A DNA stretch of 63,506 bases, the filler included, from Folioceros fuciformis (Eukaryota), in assembly GCA_049999805.1 (NCBI GenBank). It is 7 parts of 7 records of this genome, joined end to end, with 100 filler letters (N's around TTAATTAATTAA, not from the genome) between each part and the next. Parts side by side here need not be neighbours in the genome. Positions count along the whole stretch, not along the records: positions 1 to 9,229 come from JBNGIO010000985.1; positions 9,330 to 34,522 come from JBNGIO010000987.1; 5 more parts are not named here. One strand, given 5' to 3'. The notes under the pieces are model-generated. The model searched no databases. It saw only the letters and a program-made list of their open reading frames with translations, and was not told the DNA's origin. The position numbers were made by a program, and so were the translations under genes. Positions 1 to 11,679 of the stretch are shown here, in pieces. The first letter of the stretch is position 1. Each line of letters opens with the position of its first letter.

Positions 1-414
1 CCCTCCGCAGTTCGATCAGATCATTCCTCAGCCATGGCCCGTCGCACGACGAGAGGATCAGGCAGTGCGTGGACGTGGGAGAACCGATCGTCAGACTGGC
101 TGCGGACGCTGGTTTCAAGGAGCCAACGTTTGTCTCGTTTTAGGGCATGTCATCGCACTTTACAACAAATCATATGAAAACGACGTCCTTTCACAGGATA
201 GACCCACGTCTTCGGGTCACTCAGTGGAGAGCACACGATGACTGCCGTAACCGAAATCGAAAGCAAGTGCTCCCAGGAGGACTTCTCCTTTGAATGGCTT
301 TGGCTAAATGGACACAAAAGGTTATATCAGAACTCTAGATCCCCAAATATCGGTCCCTTTAGGAAGTCCTTTGCAGAGTAGCTAGGCGTACCATGTTAGA
401 ATTTGTTATCAAAT

Positions 415-720
415 AAAGTCCTTGGTGAACTCTAATACATGCACAAACTCTAATAGAATTCTTCAAGTTATAAGTACCAAGACCCAATGATAGGAAATCC
501 GTCCTTAGTGGACTCTAACACATGCACGAACTCTAATAGTATTCTTCAAATTGTTAAATACAAAGACCCATGACGAAAATCCGTCCTTCCTTAATTGGAC
601 TCTAATCAATGTCTTCAAAATGGAAATTGTAAAGCATCAAGTTCGTTCTTGAAGTTGTTAAGCACCAAGTGTGTCATGTCCAAGTTGGTGGATACAAAGT
701 CCATGACATAAGTCCCTCCT
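415..720. repeat. Degenerate tandem repeat, unit about 85 bp
   Basis: Recurring 'gtcctt..gtggactctaa.acatgcac.aactctaatag.attcttcaa.tt..taa.tac.aagaccca' blocks near 417, 501 and about 585, decaying after that. Confidence 0.6.
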
Positions 721-1278
721 TCCTGGACAAAATCTAGAAGGTTTATATCCATTAAATAATCAGAGTAATTTTCTACCCATCTAACTTGAAATGAATTTTG
801 GTTTCCCTTACTGACACACTACATTCATGCATCCATCTCACATAGGCCTACTGGTCGAAACCAAAAACCCACAAAAGATAAAAAGAAGTAGTCTTCCTCC
901 ATGTATAAAGCTACCACATGCATCTAATGTATGTGATATGGAAGTTGAAAGGGTTTACCTACCTAACTAAAGTGTATGAGACTAGCCTCTTTGTGTTGGT
1001 TATGTATTTATTTATTTATCATTAGGTGTATGTAGCCGTGAGGCTATGACACGCCGGAATATGAATCAATAACATGATTAAATGGACACTTTGGAAAAAG
1101 CGCAAAAGAAAGAGAATTAGAGCAAACAAAATAGCAAATCTAGATAGCTATGTCAACAAGCCTGAATTAAGTAATATAGAAGTTTTTCCCTGAGTTTGGG
1201 AATACTAAGAAGTTGGCGGATATCGTAGTAAGAGCCTTGAAACATCTGAATCCAAGTTGTGTTGTGTTGGTTGTGTTG

Positions 1279-1410
1279 GTTGTTTGTCATTTTGTAGATA
1301 GCTTTTGTACCCAACTTTTTCTAAAGCGCCTTTTATCCTTGTGTTGGTTGGTTAGTTGTCATTTTATAAATAGCTCTTGTTCTCAACTTTTCTCAGAGCC
1401 CTTTTGTAAA
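1279..1410. repeat. Tandem duplication, about 70 bp x2
   Basis: 'gttgtttgtcattttgtagatagcttttgtacccaactttttctaaagcgcctttt' is followed by 'gttagttgtcattttataaatagctcttgttctcaacttttctcagagccctttt'. Confidence 0.6.
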
Positions 1411-2326
1411 GCGATGGACATCCTACCTTTGCTAGGGTCCATTGGAAGAGTGATGTGCACTCGAGGCAAAAGAAGGTCATAATATACATAAGATAAGGAG
1501 AGACCAACTCTATTCTTCCTCCTACAATAAGTCTTGGTTCAGGTTAGGAGAAACTTGGAGATTGTCTTCCATGCCTTTCTTAAACTTCTTGTGATTGGGG
1601 GCTATTCCAAGCTGAATCCTAGAGTTCAACATATTCAATTATAAATCATATTTTTGGAATATATTTATTTTACCCATCACTCATTGTACTAATAGACCCA
1701 TGACATGTGATGGTTTGTGATCCAAGCGTCGGACATACTCTATAAGAGAAAATACACAAACTTGTTTCTTCCCTTATCAAAACCTAAACATATTTACTAT
1801 ATGAAATTTTTTATTTAAATATACTTTACTTTGATGGAACTGGATTTCTTATAAACAACTTCGTTGCTTTCTCCATAGATAAAAATTATGCTACAAGTAT
1901 CATTTTAAAATGCAGTTTGGTACTAGAATTTTTTAATGCATATTCTATTCCCCAAAAATATCAAGAGGATGGAAGATATATCTTTACTAGATAAAGAAAA
2001 TAAAATAAAAATTATTTAATATAAAAAATAGATAGGAAACCATCTCCACCTAAACCTAAACAACCCTTTTGCTTGGAACTAGCCCACGCAAAAGGCCTAT
2101 CATTGACCTTAAAAGATGTCCTGTGCTTGTCCAACAGGGTTTCCACATGGGCATGCCGAACAGCCCTTAGTCAGAGTCCTCTCAACAGGTGGCTTCGCCG
2201 CCTGTGCCGTGGCCATGCAGTCCTCGCCTTAATTGAACGGGGACAGGTACATACAGTACTCCCCGGACAGTAGGTGAGACTGAATACAGTGGACCTTCCA
2301 GATTTCGTACAAAACTCGCCATCCCA

Positions 2327-3996
2327 CTATACAGTAGTGGAATACTTTTGGCCTTCTTCGAGCTTCTCGTATCTGGTGGCCGCCGCCTGCTTCGCCTGTC
2401 GGATGTATTCCGACTTGGGCCAAGGCTCCGGAATCATCTTTAGACAGATGCCCATGGATATGAGCAGAAGACCAGAAATATGTTGTTCAGTCATTGGTTT
2501 AGTGAAGATAATGTAGGATAAAAGCAACGTCACAGCTTTCCTTGCTGTTGTCACCTGTTGCAGACCACGCGAAATATGTGAAAGAGGCAGAAACAAAGTG
2601 AACGGTGGGAAGCGATGGTGCATGATGCAGAAAGGAGGAGTCTTACCATGGCAGTTGTTGCCGCACCGAAAAGTGCTATGAGAGACAGCACCGACAGTTG
2701 TCCGATGAATGTGGCCATTGCCTCAAAAATCAAAACTAGATAAATGTAAGGATGCTGCACAACAGAAACGAGGTTACCTTCGGTTAGCAACTGGGGGAAT
2801 CAGCTCCGATGGACTTGCCTACAGAGCAGGGTGGACCGGACATGACCTCAAGACCTGCGGACCAAGCCCTAAACAGCTCTCCCGTTAAGATCATCGGTGG
2901 AATGAGTAGTGGCAGGCCCACGGTGGTCGAACAGAAGAGCATTTCCATCTACGCAGGTCAAAGGAGGATCATCAGAAAAGCTTATCTTCTTCCTGCAATC
3001 TCAAATCAGGGGACCATCGATGTTTGAGAAAACCTGTGAAGTCGTGGGGTTCATAGTGAAAATAGCCTCCTGGAGGTTTCCTAGAAAGGCATCCAGTACC
3101 AGGGCTCCACTGACCATGACAACGCCAATCACATTGAAATCTGGCGAGGAATGGGCATCCGCTAGAGTGAAAATGACCAGGCCTGCAACAAGCATCGATG
3201 CTGAAATGTACTCGTGCAGCGGATACTTCCGCCGAAGCCCTGGAATGAAGGCTCCCATTAGCATGACGGGCAAGACCTGAAACATGAGTGTCAGCGTAGC
3301 GTTGCACCATTCTGCTGAAAATCATACAACGAGTACAGCAGCTTCTCCGACCTTTTCTCTCAGACTGGTCGCAAGCGCAAAAAAGCATCCAAGAGTTCAT
3401 ATACATACCTTGGTGGACTTGAACATAATCTGCGCAGGGTAGTTGAGATACATGAGAGACCCCTTCGTCAGCCCGTGAGACCCCATGAGAACAGCAGATA
3501 GCTTCACGTATGTTCTCCATGGATTCACAATCTGCTCCACGCGAAATCCTTGAAGCGAAATAAGCGCCAGGTATACGAATCCCTGCACAAACGTGAAGTA
3601 CCACCCGTAGCTGCAAGCTGCAATGCGTCAGTAGACGAACAAGCAGCCACACATAGCATCCAACAAACTTCACGACGCACGCTATACAACAGCATTTTGC
3701 CTCCTCCGGAACAATCGAGGATCTTACCTGAACTTGAGCCTGTTGTACACATACTCCTACAAAACAAACAATCCTTTCGTCAAATTTCCACAACTTTCCC
3801 CAAAGTAATCCCAATGTTCCCACAGTTGCGACCATCTGGCGGTGTGACACCTACGCAATACCTCACAGACGCCGTTCACCATGTATCCGAAAAAGAAGCC
3901 TCCTCCGCACAGTAGCAGCTGCAGCCACCTGGGCTTGGAACTGAGATTGACTCCCAGCAGAGTGATATCAGCCTCCACTTTCTGCGGCTGCTTCAT
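2327..3996 (-). CDS. UTR2: UDP-galactose/UDP-glucose transporter 2/4-like (UAA family nucleotide-sugar transporter), multi-exon
   Basis: Exon translations: MKQPQ...[148 protein letters not shown] introns; ATG at 3996, stop at 2327. Confidence 0.93.
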
Positions 3997-4299
3997 CTTG
4001 AAGAAGGAAAAAAGTGCTCGCCGGACTCGTCCAGACTCCTCAATTTCCCTCACCGCGCATGCAAAAGCCCGCCAATTACACTCTTGCGGAGTGCTCAGAC
4101 TCCCTTGGCTCTCTCACTCGTCTCCTCTTGCTGATAAACACAAAATTTCGGTCGTGGCCTTGATCCAAGACACTTAGGTGCTCCCAATCAATTTCAGACT
4201 CCCGCGAGCAAATCCAATTCCTTCACTTCTCCCGCAGCAGTAGCAGCAGCAGCGGCAGGAGCAGCAAAAAGAAATTGCATCCGCCCCGCAGCAACGAGG

Positions 4300-5000
4300 C
4301 CGACTACGAGGGTGAATTTCCCCCACATGGACCTTGCTTGCGGGAGTCTCGCGAGCGTCTCCCGTTTTCTTTATTTTGTTTCGACTGAACTGCCGTATCT
4401 GACGAAGCCGAAGACGACGCAGGGGACGGTCGATACGCGACGAGACGAGATGGGAAAGTCGCGAGCTTGGCAAGTGCTGACTGGCTGGTAAGGCACCTGC
4501 AAACCTCCGTTATACACACACACACAAACTCCCCAGACACGGAATCCACGTGCCTGGATCGTTACTTGCACTAGTCGCGGGCGCGCCATGGGACCGAATT
4601 CACCCCGTCCCGTCCCGTCCCGTCCCGTCCTTGCCGCCGGAGATGAGGCCTACTCGTCTGCTACCTTCCTCGACGAGGTTCTCGCTGCGTTGATGTAGCG
4701 TTGAATATTCTGATTGGGATGCGGAGCTTGCCTCGTCCCGTTCGGCCGATTTATGTGGCTCGCGGCTTGGGAGTGGAGCTTTTGATTCTGTTACAGTCCG
4801 TCTATGTAGCTATTGGGCGGGATATTAGCGTGTTCCAGTGTCCCCCGTTACCTACCTGAAATGTGGGGGCGGGCTTCTCTGTGGTTCTCTCGTTGTCGGC
4901 AGTCTCAAGTTTTGCTTCCCGAGATCTGTGCTGCAACGATGATGGGTCCTGGTGAGGTGGTGAAGGTGAGATCTGCTTGGATGGTTTGTGGGCTGTAGGA
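4300..5000. promoter_or_regulatory. Putative bidirectional promoter and 5' UTRs between the transporter and the glycosyltransferase
   Basis: Start codons are about 1050 bp apart and divergent. GC-rich core with (CA)n near 4513 and (CCCGT)n at 4604-4630. Apparent 5'-UTR intron on + (gag|gttctc about 4678 to ctgtag about 4998). Confidence 0.5.
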
Positions 5001-5044
5001 CATGGGCATGCTGGGGCCCGGGGGTTTAGCTGACGAGGTTTGTG

Positions 5045-7816
5045 ATGGCATTCGCAAGAAATGGACCCCGAGTGGTCAGCTTTGGGAGCAGGAGGATGAG
5101 GGGAAGGACCCAGCCGACCAGGCTATTGGTCTTTTTGGGGTTTTTGGTTACGGGACTTGTGTTATGGCGGATATTGGTGGCTGTTTCTTCCAAATCAGTG
5201 CCTCGGAACTCAGCTGCAGACGGGTTGGGGGAAGTGTGTGATCGCAAACAGTACCCTGCGGTGTGGGAGTTGAGAGGGGACCAGCTTACGGTTCTGATAA
5301 ACGGGTTTGCTGAAGAACGGCTTCCCCTTCTGCAATCGCATGTGAGATTCTTCTCTTCTTTCTCGATTGTGAATGCGGTGTTCATTTTGTGGGGGAATGT
5401 GTCAACTCCAGATTCGGTGCTCGATGAGGTGGAGTTCACCAGCTTGGGGGCGCCCATATATGTGGTGAGGCAGTCCTCGTTGAGCTTGAACCATCGGTTT
5501 CTTCCGAGACCCTACATCAAGACCCGGGCTGTGATGATATGTGACGATGACATCACGGTGGATGGAGATAGTTTGGAGTTCTCTTTCCGGACCTGGATGA
5601 ACAACCAGAAGCAGATTGTGGGGTTCTTTCCCAGAGCGCACTCGTACCAGCTGGACAGCAACGCTTGGATATACACCAAGCTGCCGAATCAGTATTCCAT
5701 CATGCTTACCAAGCTCATGATTTTGGCCACAGAGTACTTGTTTCTATACACTTGCAACATGCCGCAGGGTGTGCGGGAGTATGTGGATCAGGGAATGAAC
5801 TGTGAGGATCTGGCTATGAATTTCGTCGTCTCCAACCACAGCGGCCTGGGTCCTTTGCTCGTGGAGGGCAAGCCTCGGGACTGGGGAGACACGAGGAATT
5901 CGGCTGGGGAGATGAGCAACATAGGGTTGAGTGCACGAGCAGGACATAGGAAGAACCGTGGAGACTGCATAACTGCTTTCCACAGGTTGTGGGGAGGAAT
6001 GGAGCTCAAGTTCAGCTATGGCAAGATGTCTCCGTACAAGGAGGAGCAAGCTTTGTGTGACAAGTTTGGTTATCTCATCAACTGCGATGAACCTGTAGCG
6101 TCCAAACGTCATGCTCAACGGCTTGCAGGAAAGAATGTGGTCGCTGTTAAGGAAAAGCATGCATTTGTGACTGTCCTGTCTAGCAGGAAGCAATTCAACT
6201 CATCACTGGCCTTGGCTCAATCCCTGAGCAGTTCGGGCAGTGTCCATGACATCGTTCTCCTGCTGCACCCGTCTACTGGCATAAGCACAAGGGATAGTAT
6301 ATTGGAACAGCATTATGATGTGGTGAGGAAGATGAAACACGCCAATGTTCCAGCGGGCTTTCATGCGCTCAACACCCTTCTTCTGAGCGATTATGCTAAG
6401 GTTGTGTACATCCATGTCGAGTCGCTTGTCCTTCAAAACCTCGATCACCTATTTAATCTTGCGGATCCAGCTGCAGCGCCCCATGTTTCCTTCCCTGGTC
6501 AGTTCGACACAAGCTTGCTTGTGTTGAAGCCTTCTAAAATCACCTTCACCAAGCTACTTGAATTAGTAGATGAACTTCCAGTGCAGTCTAGGACCATGCA
6601 CCACCTGCTGAATCTATTCCACAGCGGTTGGTACCACATGTCCGCTGACCACAGGCTCCCTGCCCGGTACAATGCCCCAAAACTCTTCTCCACTCATCTG
6701 GCTGCATTGTCAGATATGTTTGGAGATGTGAATCGGACCTACAACATGTTAGGTAGTCTTGCCTTAGTGAAAAGTGGCAAGCCCCTGCTCACAAAGATGT
6801 CGCAGGTTATGCAAGACGACTGTGACAAGATCGCATTCTGCAGGGCTTGGTTGGAGCTTTTCAACGCTTTGAGAGGTAATGACCTCAATCCCCTTGTTAA
6901 TACCCCTGTCTCGTTACCACAGACGTCTTCAGTACCGGCTGTAAACACAACAGGGAATGTGATGTGGCCACCCAAGTCACATCCCCACCCAAAGAGGTGG
7001 TTCTCGTTGTCCTCAGTGGGGGCACGGTGTGGGAACAACTGCACCACAGCTATTGCCACTACGATGTGGGACAGTAGGCAGGGCATTCTGCTCCAAGGTT
7101 GGGCCGCATCTTTTGCTCGTCACCACCCGCATGCAATGAGACGCCACACTTTGTTGCTGGTTTCGTCCACTCTTGATAAGAGCACTTGGCAACCTTACAG
7201 TCACCTGTTCGACATGGTCCGTGTTGTGGACCCTCTGGTGGCCGACGGTAGAGGCTCACAAATGGTACTTCATCTGTGGAATCAGACTTCCTTCAGCAAA
7301 CTAGCGTATGCAGACCCCGGCTCCATATTTCAGGACAATTGTTTCTCCCTGTTCGACTATGGCAGTCCCTTCTCTGCCATTCCCAGCTCCTTTCCTCCTG
7401 ATAGGTTCTCAACTAGGCTGATGGTGGTCGAACCCAACGAGCAGACATTTTTGCATCTGGTGAGCAAGTTGCGCAGCAGTGACGATGTGCAGGAGCTTCT
7501 GAACGTGCACTACAACGACTGGTATCAGCAGCCGCCTTCGCACCGCATTGCTCCCTGGTTCAGCAGGGATGTGAAGGCTGTGATCAGCGGACTGATACCC
7601 GATGCCACAGCACCTGAATCCAAGATTTGTTGCTTTTCAGAATCCAAATATGATCACACATGGCAGTCCCATCCTGCGCTGGTCTCGCAGCTTGCAGAGC
7701 TTTGGGGAGAAGCTCTTTGCTCCCACCAGTGGGAACAAAAGCCCTCTCTTTGCGGGTTAACGGATAGCGGAAAAGCTGTGGCTGCGACGCTGCCAGCCTC
7801 CTTCGAATTTGTATGA
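5045..7816 (+). CDS. Type II membrane glycosyltransferase: GT64 (EXTL2-like) domain followed by two GT8/glycogenin-like domains; single exon, about 923 aa
   Basis: N-terminal TM LLVFLGFLVTGLVLWRILVAV. GT64 motifs SLNHRFLP, ICDDD, IVGFFPR, YSIMLTK, NCEDLAMNF, RDWGDTRN, HRKNRGDC. GT8-like motifs HAFVTVL..LALAQSL, YAKVVY..LVLQNLDHLF, FDTSLLVLKPS, HRLPARYNA, then a second copy LHLWNQTSFSKLAY, FPPDRFSTRLMVVEPN, QELLN..YNDWY. Confidence 0.88.
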   Translation: MAFARNGPRVVSFGSRRMRGRTQPTRLLVFLGFLVTGLVLWRILVAVSSKSVPRNSAADGLGEVCDRKQYPAVWELRGDQLTVLINGFAEERLPLLQSHVRFFSSFSIVNAVFILWGNVSTPDSVLDEVEFTSLGAPIYVVRQSSLSLNHRFLPRPYIKTRAVMICDDDITVDGDSLEFSFRTWMNNQKQIVGFFPRAHSYQLDSNAWIYTKLPNQYSIMLTKLMILATEYLFLYTCNMPQGVREYVDQGMNCEDLAMNFVVSNHSGLGPLLVEGKPRDWGDTRNSAGEMSNIGLSARAGHRKNRGDCITAFHRLWGGMELKFSYGKMSPYKEEQALCDKFGYLINCDEPVASKRHAQRLAGKNVVAVKEKHAFVTVLSSRKQFNSSLALAQSLSSSGSVHDIVLLLHPSTGISTRDSILEQHYDVVRKMKHANVPAGFHALNTLLLSDYAKVVYIHVESLVLQNLDHLFNLADPAAAPHVSFPGQFDTSLLVLKPSKITFTKLLELVDELPVQSRTMHHLLNLFHSGWYHMSADHRLPARYNAPKLFSTHLAALSDMFGDVNRTYNMLGSLALVKSGKPLLTKMSQVMQDDCDKIAFCRAWLELFNALRGNDLNPLVNTPVSLPQTSSVPAVNTTGNVMWPPKSHPHPKRWFSLSSVGARCGNNCTTAIATTMWDSRQGILLQGWAASFARHHPHAMRRHTLLLVSSTLDKSTWQPYSHLFDMVRVVDPLVADGRGSQMVLHLWNQTSFSKLAYADPGSIFQDNCFSLFDYGSPFSAIPSSFPPDRFSTRLMVVEPNEQTFLHLVSKLRSSDDVQELLNVHYNDWYQQPPSHRIAPWFSRDVKAVISGLIPDATAPESKICCFSESKYDHTWQSHPALVSQLAELWGEALCSHQWEQKPSLCGLTDSGKAVAATLPASFEFV

Positions 7817-8943
7817 ATGGCAGGCCCTCAGGTGTTCTCTGGGTACAAATTTTCAGTGCCATTGAAACAAGGTTGTCCACATAACTAATCCTCCAATTAC
7901 GTAAGCGATAAGCTAGACTGCGTAAGGCAACCAGCCAAAACACACCAGGACCATCCTTGCTTATCCATGGCACCCGTTCAACTACAATACTATTGGCAGT
8001 GAAACCCTCGTGCCACACCATGGAGGATATCCTTGTTTTCTAAAACTGCATTGCAACCTGGGAAGAAGTGGTAATTATGTATTCCAAGAATCGTAGGCAC
8101 CACAGAGTCCCCCATGCAGATGTTAGCTACTTTACCATGCTTGGACTCCCGGTGTTCCAGGTTCGGCCATAGAAGAGTACGACAGAGAATTGGAACCTCA
8201 ACTTGCTTAGAGCGAATGCAACCATCAAGAGCGGTACGTATCCCTGTGAAGGCCATTTCAGTGGATACCAGCTGTCTCCTCTTCCCATGTCTAAGCCTAA
8301 GCAGTACGTGAAAGTTACTGACTGGTACAGGCGGGAAGCACCAAGAGGAAAAAAAAGAGAGACGAAAAAGAAAACGAAACAGAGGACCATGTACCAAAGA
8401 GTGGGAAGAACGGATCTGTACCTTCAGCTCCAAGGCACGTGACCAGGTGCTCAGCCGCCACATCATTCCTCTCTACCGCTAAGTACTACTGAATCAAGCA
8501 CAAGCTCACATGAGAGGGAACCAAAGCGTCAAAAGGAAGGCCAGTGCACTGCTACGCGAATTCGCTCTACGTAACGACGGAAAAAAGGATGGCAATAAGC
8601 CAACACCAGAACAGGAAAAAAAAGGCAGGAAATCGAGTAACAGGAGTCATACCCATTCCCACAGCAAGTACCCTTCTTGAAAGCGGCAAGGGGGAAAAAA
8701 GAAAAAGAAAAAAACGGACGTAAGACCTAGACAGCGAGGTCACAGAGGGTGTTCAAAGGCATACATGAGAAAAGGAACCACATGAGCTTCATTGTTTTCA
8801 CGCAGGAGAAAGCGAAGACAAGCAGCAGGTAGGTGTTGCCATTCGGTTCCCAGGAGAGAGGACTAAACTCCGTAGCTCTCAATACAATTGGAAAGACACA
8901 TGGATTTCTCAAGAGCAAAAAAGCGCAGCGGCGGCAACGTCAA

Positions 8944-9406
8944 TCAGTTTGCAACTGCATTCTTTGCCTTGCTATCCCGCACACCGCCCCTGGCAGCGAC
9001 GCCATTAACCTTCCCATCCTTCCTAAGCCCTGCCTCCTCCAACTCTTCGGGCAGCCCCTCCACCTCCTTATCATCCAGAATCTCGGACGGATCATCCTTC
9101 CTGTTCTTCCAGTAGTCGTCCAGATCCGAGTCTAGGGACGAGGCGCCGAACTTCTTGTCCTTGAGCCTCCACTGGTCCAGGTCCGCGTCCAATGCCTCCT
9201 TGGTGAGATTCTTCTTCCCCCGGCCGCCGNNNNNNNNNNNNNNNNNNNNNNNNNNNNNNNNNNNNNNNNNNNNTTAATTAATTAANNNNNNNNNNNNNNN
9301 NNNNNNNNNNNNNNNNNNNNNNNNNNNNNCTCCTTCCCCGGCCCCCGCCGGCCTCCAGGGTGCAGGATTCCTGCTGCTGCTGCTGCGTAGATGCTGTTCC
9401 AAGCCT
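8944..9406 (-). CDS. RGG-rich protein with Chtop/FoP C-terminal (UAP56-binding-like) duplicated motif; middle lost in gap 9230-9329, 5' end uncertain
   Basis: GGRGKKNLTKEALDADLDQWRLKDKKFGASSLDSDLDDYWK left of the gap; ...QQQQQESCTLEAGGGRGR right of the gap after a ctaacag acceptor. Confidence 0.65.
9230..9329. other. Assembly gap with artificial TTAATTAATTAA linker
   Basis: N44-TTAATTAATTAA-N44. Identical gaps at 34523-34622, 38008-38107, 48878-48977, 58161-58260 and 61867-61966. Confidence 0.98.
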
Positions 9407-11679
9407 GTTAGATGATCTCGTTTGTCGACGACCCCCATATGAGTGGGCACACATGTCCCCGCCTTATGCGCCCTCCAGCTGAGCTACAATGCCAGGAAGG
9501 CTGCTCCCCCACAGCCTCCTCTTCCCATCCTACATGCTCCCTTCCCGACGTAGGGGGGAACAACAGCACCCACAGTCGTGCCTCTTACTGCTCTTCTGCC
9601 AAATAAATAACCACTAGTGGCCAGGCCAGCCTTCTTCACGATCCCAGCCCCTGGCCACCCACTCTCCCGCTACAAAACTCCTCGCCCTCCTCCTCTCCTT
9701 TGCTTTGCCACCGGAAGTGTGCCACCCTTCCAGCAGACCTCCGTGAGCGGTGTTCTATGCAAAGCACTATGTTTCTGTCGTACTTGGCTACGCCATGCTG
9801 AGCCTAGCCTGGCAGCTGAGCACTCTTCGCGCTCCCCGATTAGGGCAGCTGACCGCATGTCCAGGCTCACCTAGGTTTACGGCACCCTTGTCGGGCACGT
9901 GAACCGGGACAGCTTTGCGCTGCTTTCCTTCCTTCTAAACAACGCAGTACCGAATCGGTAATGAAGTGTTACTGTTACCTGGTTGGCGTTAGCGTCCTAT
10001 TGTAGCCGGAGTGACACGAGGTTTGCTTCCCGAACGAAGACCTATTTCAGTACACCCAGCACCTATTTCAAACAGGAATATTTCACTCTATAATTGAAAT
10101 GCCGAGCCGGTGCTTGGCGATCGAAGAGGTAAGCTACCTTGTCGGCACGGCAGGCCGATTGCGGAGCATGCAATCAGCAAAGGTTGAGTAGTCGCGAATC
10201 TTTTTCCAAAGGTGACAAGAATGCTCTAGGATTGAGGAAACGTGCAGCACACAGCAAGCTAATCAAAACTCATCAGCCACAGATCTGCCACTGATTCGTC
10301 CACCACAGCCCTCCGTTAGGCTGTGAGGAGGGTCGCGTCCAGCCTGTGTGGATCGTGCTTGACAGGCCCGAACCAAAACTCTCACAACTCTGGCGTGCAT
10401 CGTCCAGTTTGCCACCGGTGATCTGCGTGCATGTCTAGCAGGCAGTTTCAGGGAATCTCTCCAGGATGACTGTTTTCAACACACGTCTTAGTGCACTTGT
10501 CAGCCAGCAATGTGAACGATCAAGGGCAGGCCAGAGGCCCCCTAGCTGTAGGGCACCACTGGCCTGCCCAAGTCAGAAGGTGCGGCGTGCAATGGTTGAC
10601 GGAACGAGCCTTCTATCCGGCGTGCAAATTACTGGCTGAGAGATTGTAGAACCCGTCGGCGGCAAGTCTGTGTTGGTTCCCAACCGAGCGCGAGATTGGC
10701 AAACTTCAACCTGGTTGTCGTGGTCGAGCTACCATCTCAAGAAAATCTGCCTACGATCACAGATGCGTCGTGCGCCTGCTACCGGCTTTGCGGATCATAA
10801 AGGCGCGCTTCAGTTGAAGCATTTGCCCTGAGACGGGTGAGATACGCTGAAGGCCACTGTCATCCTCCCTCTGCCCATCCAGGGCAATTCATGTTATCGC
10901 GCGGTGCTCCATCCATACTGTGAAAACCCTGCCGAGCAGCTTCAGTTCACCACATTCGTCAGGCGTACCCTGTCACAGGTGGAACAGACAGGACAGCCCT
11001 GGGCTCTCGGCACCGTTTACGCTGCAAATCCCGCAACCGGAGGGTGGCGCATGGAGCCGTGTTTCTACGTTTCCAGGCTGAAAGCAAAGGTAGAGGGGCG
11101 GAAACAGCGGAAGGAGAGGATCTCGCTACTGTGCCGCTCCTGCGACTCTGCACCATGGCCGGGGCCTCCTCGTCTCCCCTTCAAATCAATCCGGGAGGAC
11201 TATCCGATATAGATAGGAACTGTAACGAGCTGAAAAGCTGTTCATGAGAAACGAAAGAACCATACACGAAACTCTTGCTCAATGCGGTAGTTGAAAATAG
11301 GGTAAACTCCCGGCGCACCTTGGGAAATACGAGTCGGGTCTTGAAGGAACCACTGAGGTGGGACAACGGGATCGCCTTCCAAGGCGACGCCTGCAGATCG
11401 TCTCTAGTATTAGGGTTCGGGTATGACGATCTGATCTCTAATCAAGTCGAGGATCTGTTCTGCTCCGGCCCTGAAACGCTGGGAGGCGGTGGCTCGTTAT
11501 TGCACTCCATGCCCAGTATTTCCAGTAAGGACAGCTCGAATTACCGTCTTCCCAGGTCCTTGTCCAGCAGAATGTTGCATCTTGTCCTTCTCGCACCAGA
11601 ATTCTTCCTACGAATGAGGGTCTGAGACACTGAGGATGCAAGCCCTCAGATCCTGAGGGTCGAAGAGGGCGGCGAGCGA

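Noticed and set aside
2040..2066. Harbinger/Tourist-like terminal repeat or telomere-like (cctaaa) sequence; similar gagttgtttgg at about 18243
   Set aside because: No matching partner end or target-site duplication found, and only two telomere-like units.
2972..3850. 292-aa minus-strand ORF
   Set aside because: Off-frame read through exons and introns of the transporter gene.
7990..8466. 158-aa minus-strand ORF
   Set aside because: Runs through low-complexity T-rich sequence in a probable 3' UTR; no family resemblance.
9274..9285. TTAATTAATTAA palindrome repeated six times as a biological motif
   Set aside because: It is always centred in an N-run of fixed length, so it is an artificial scaffold linker.
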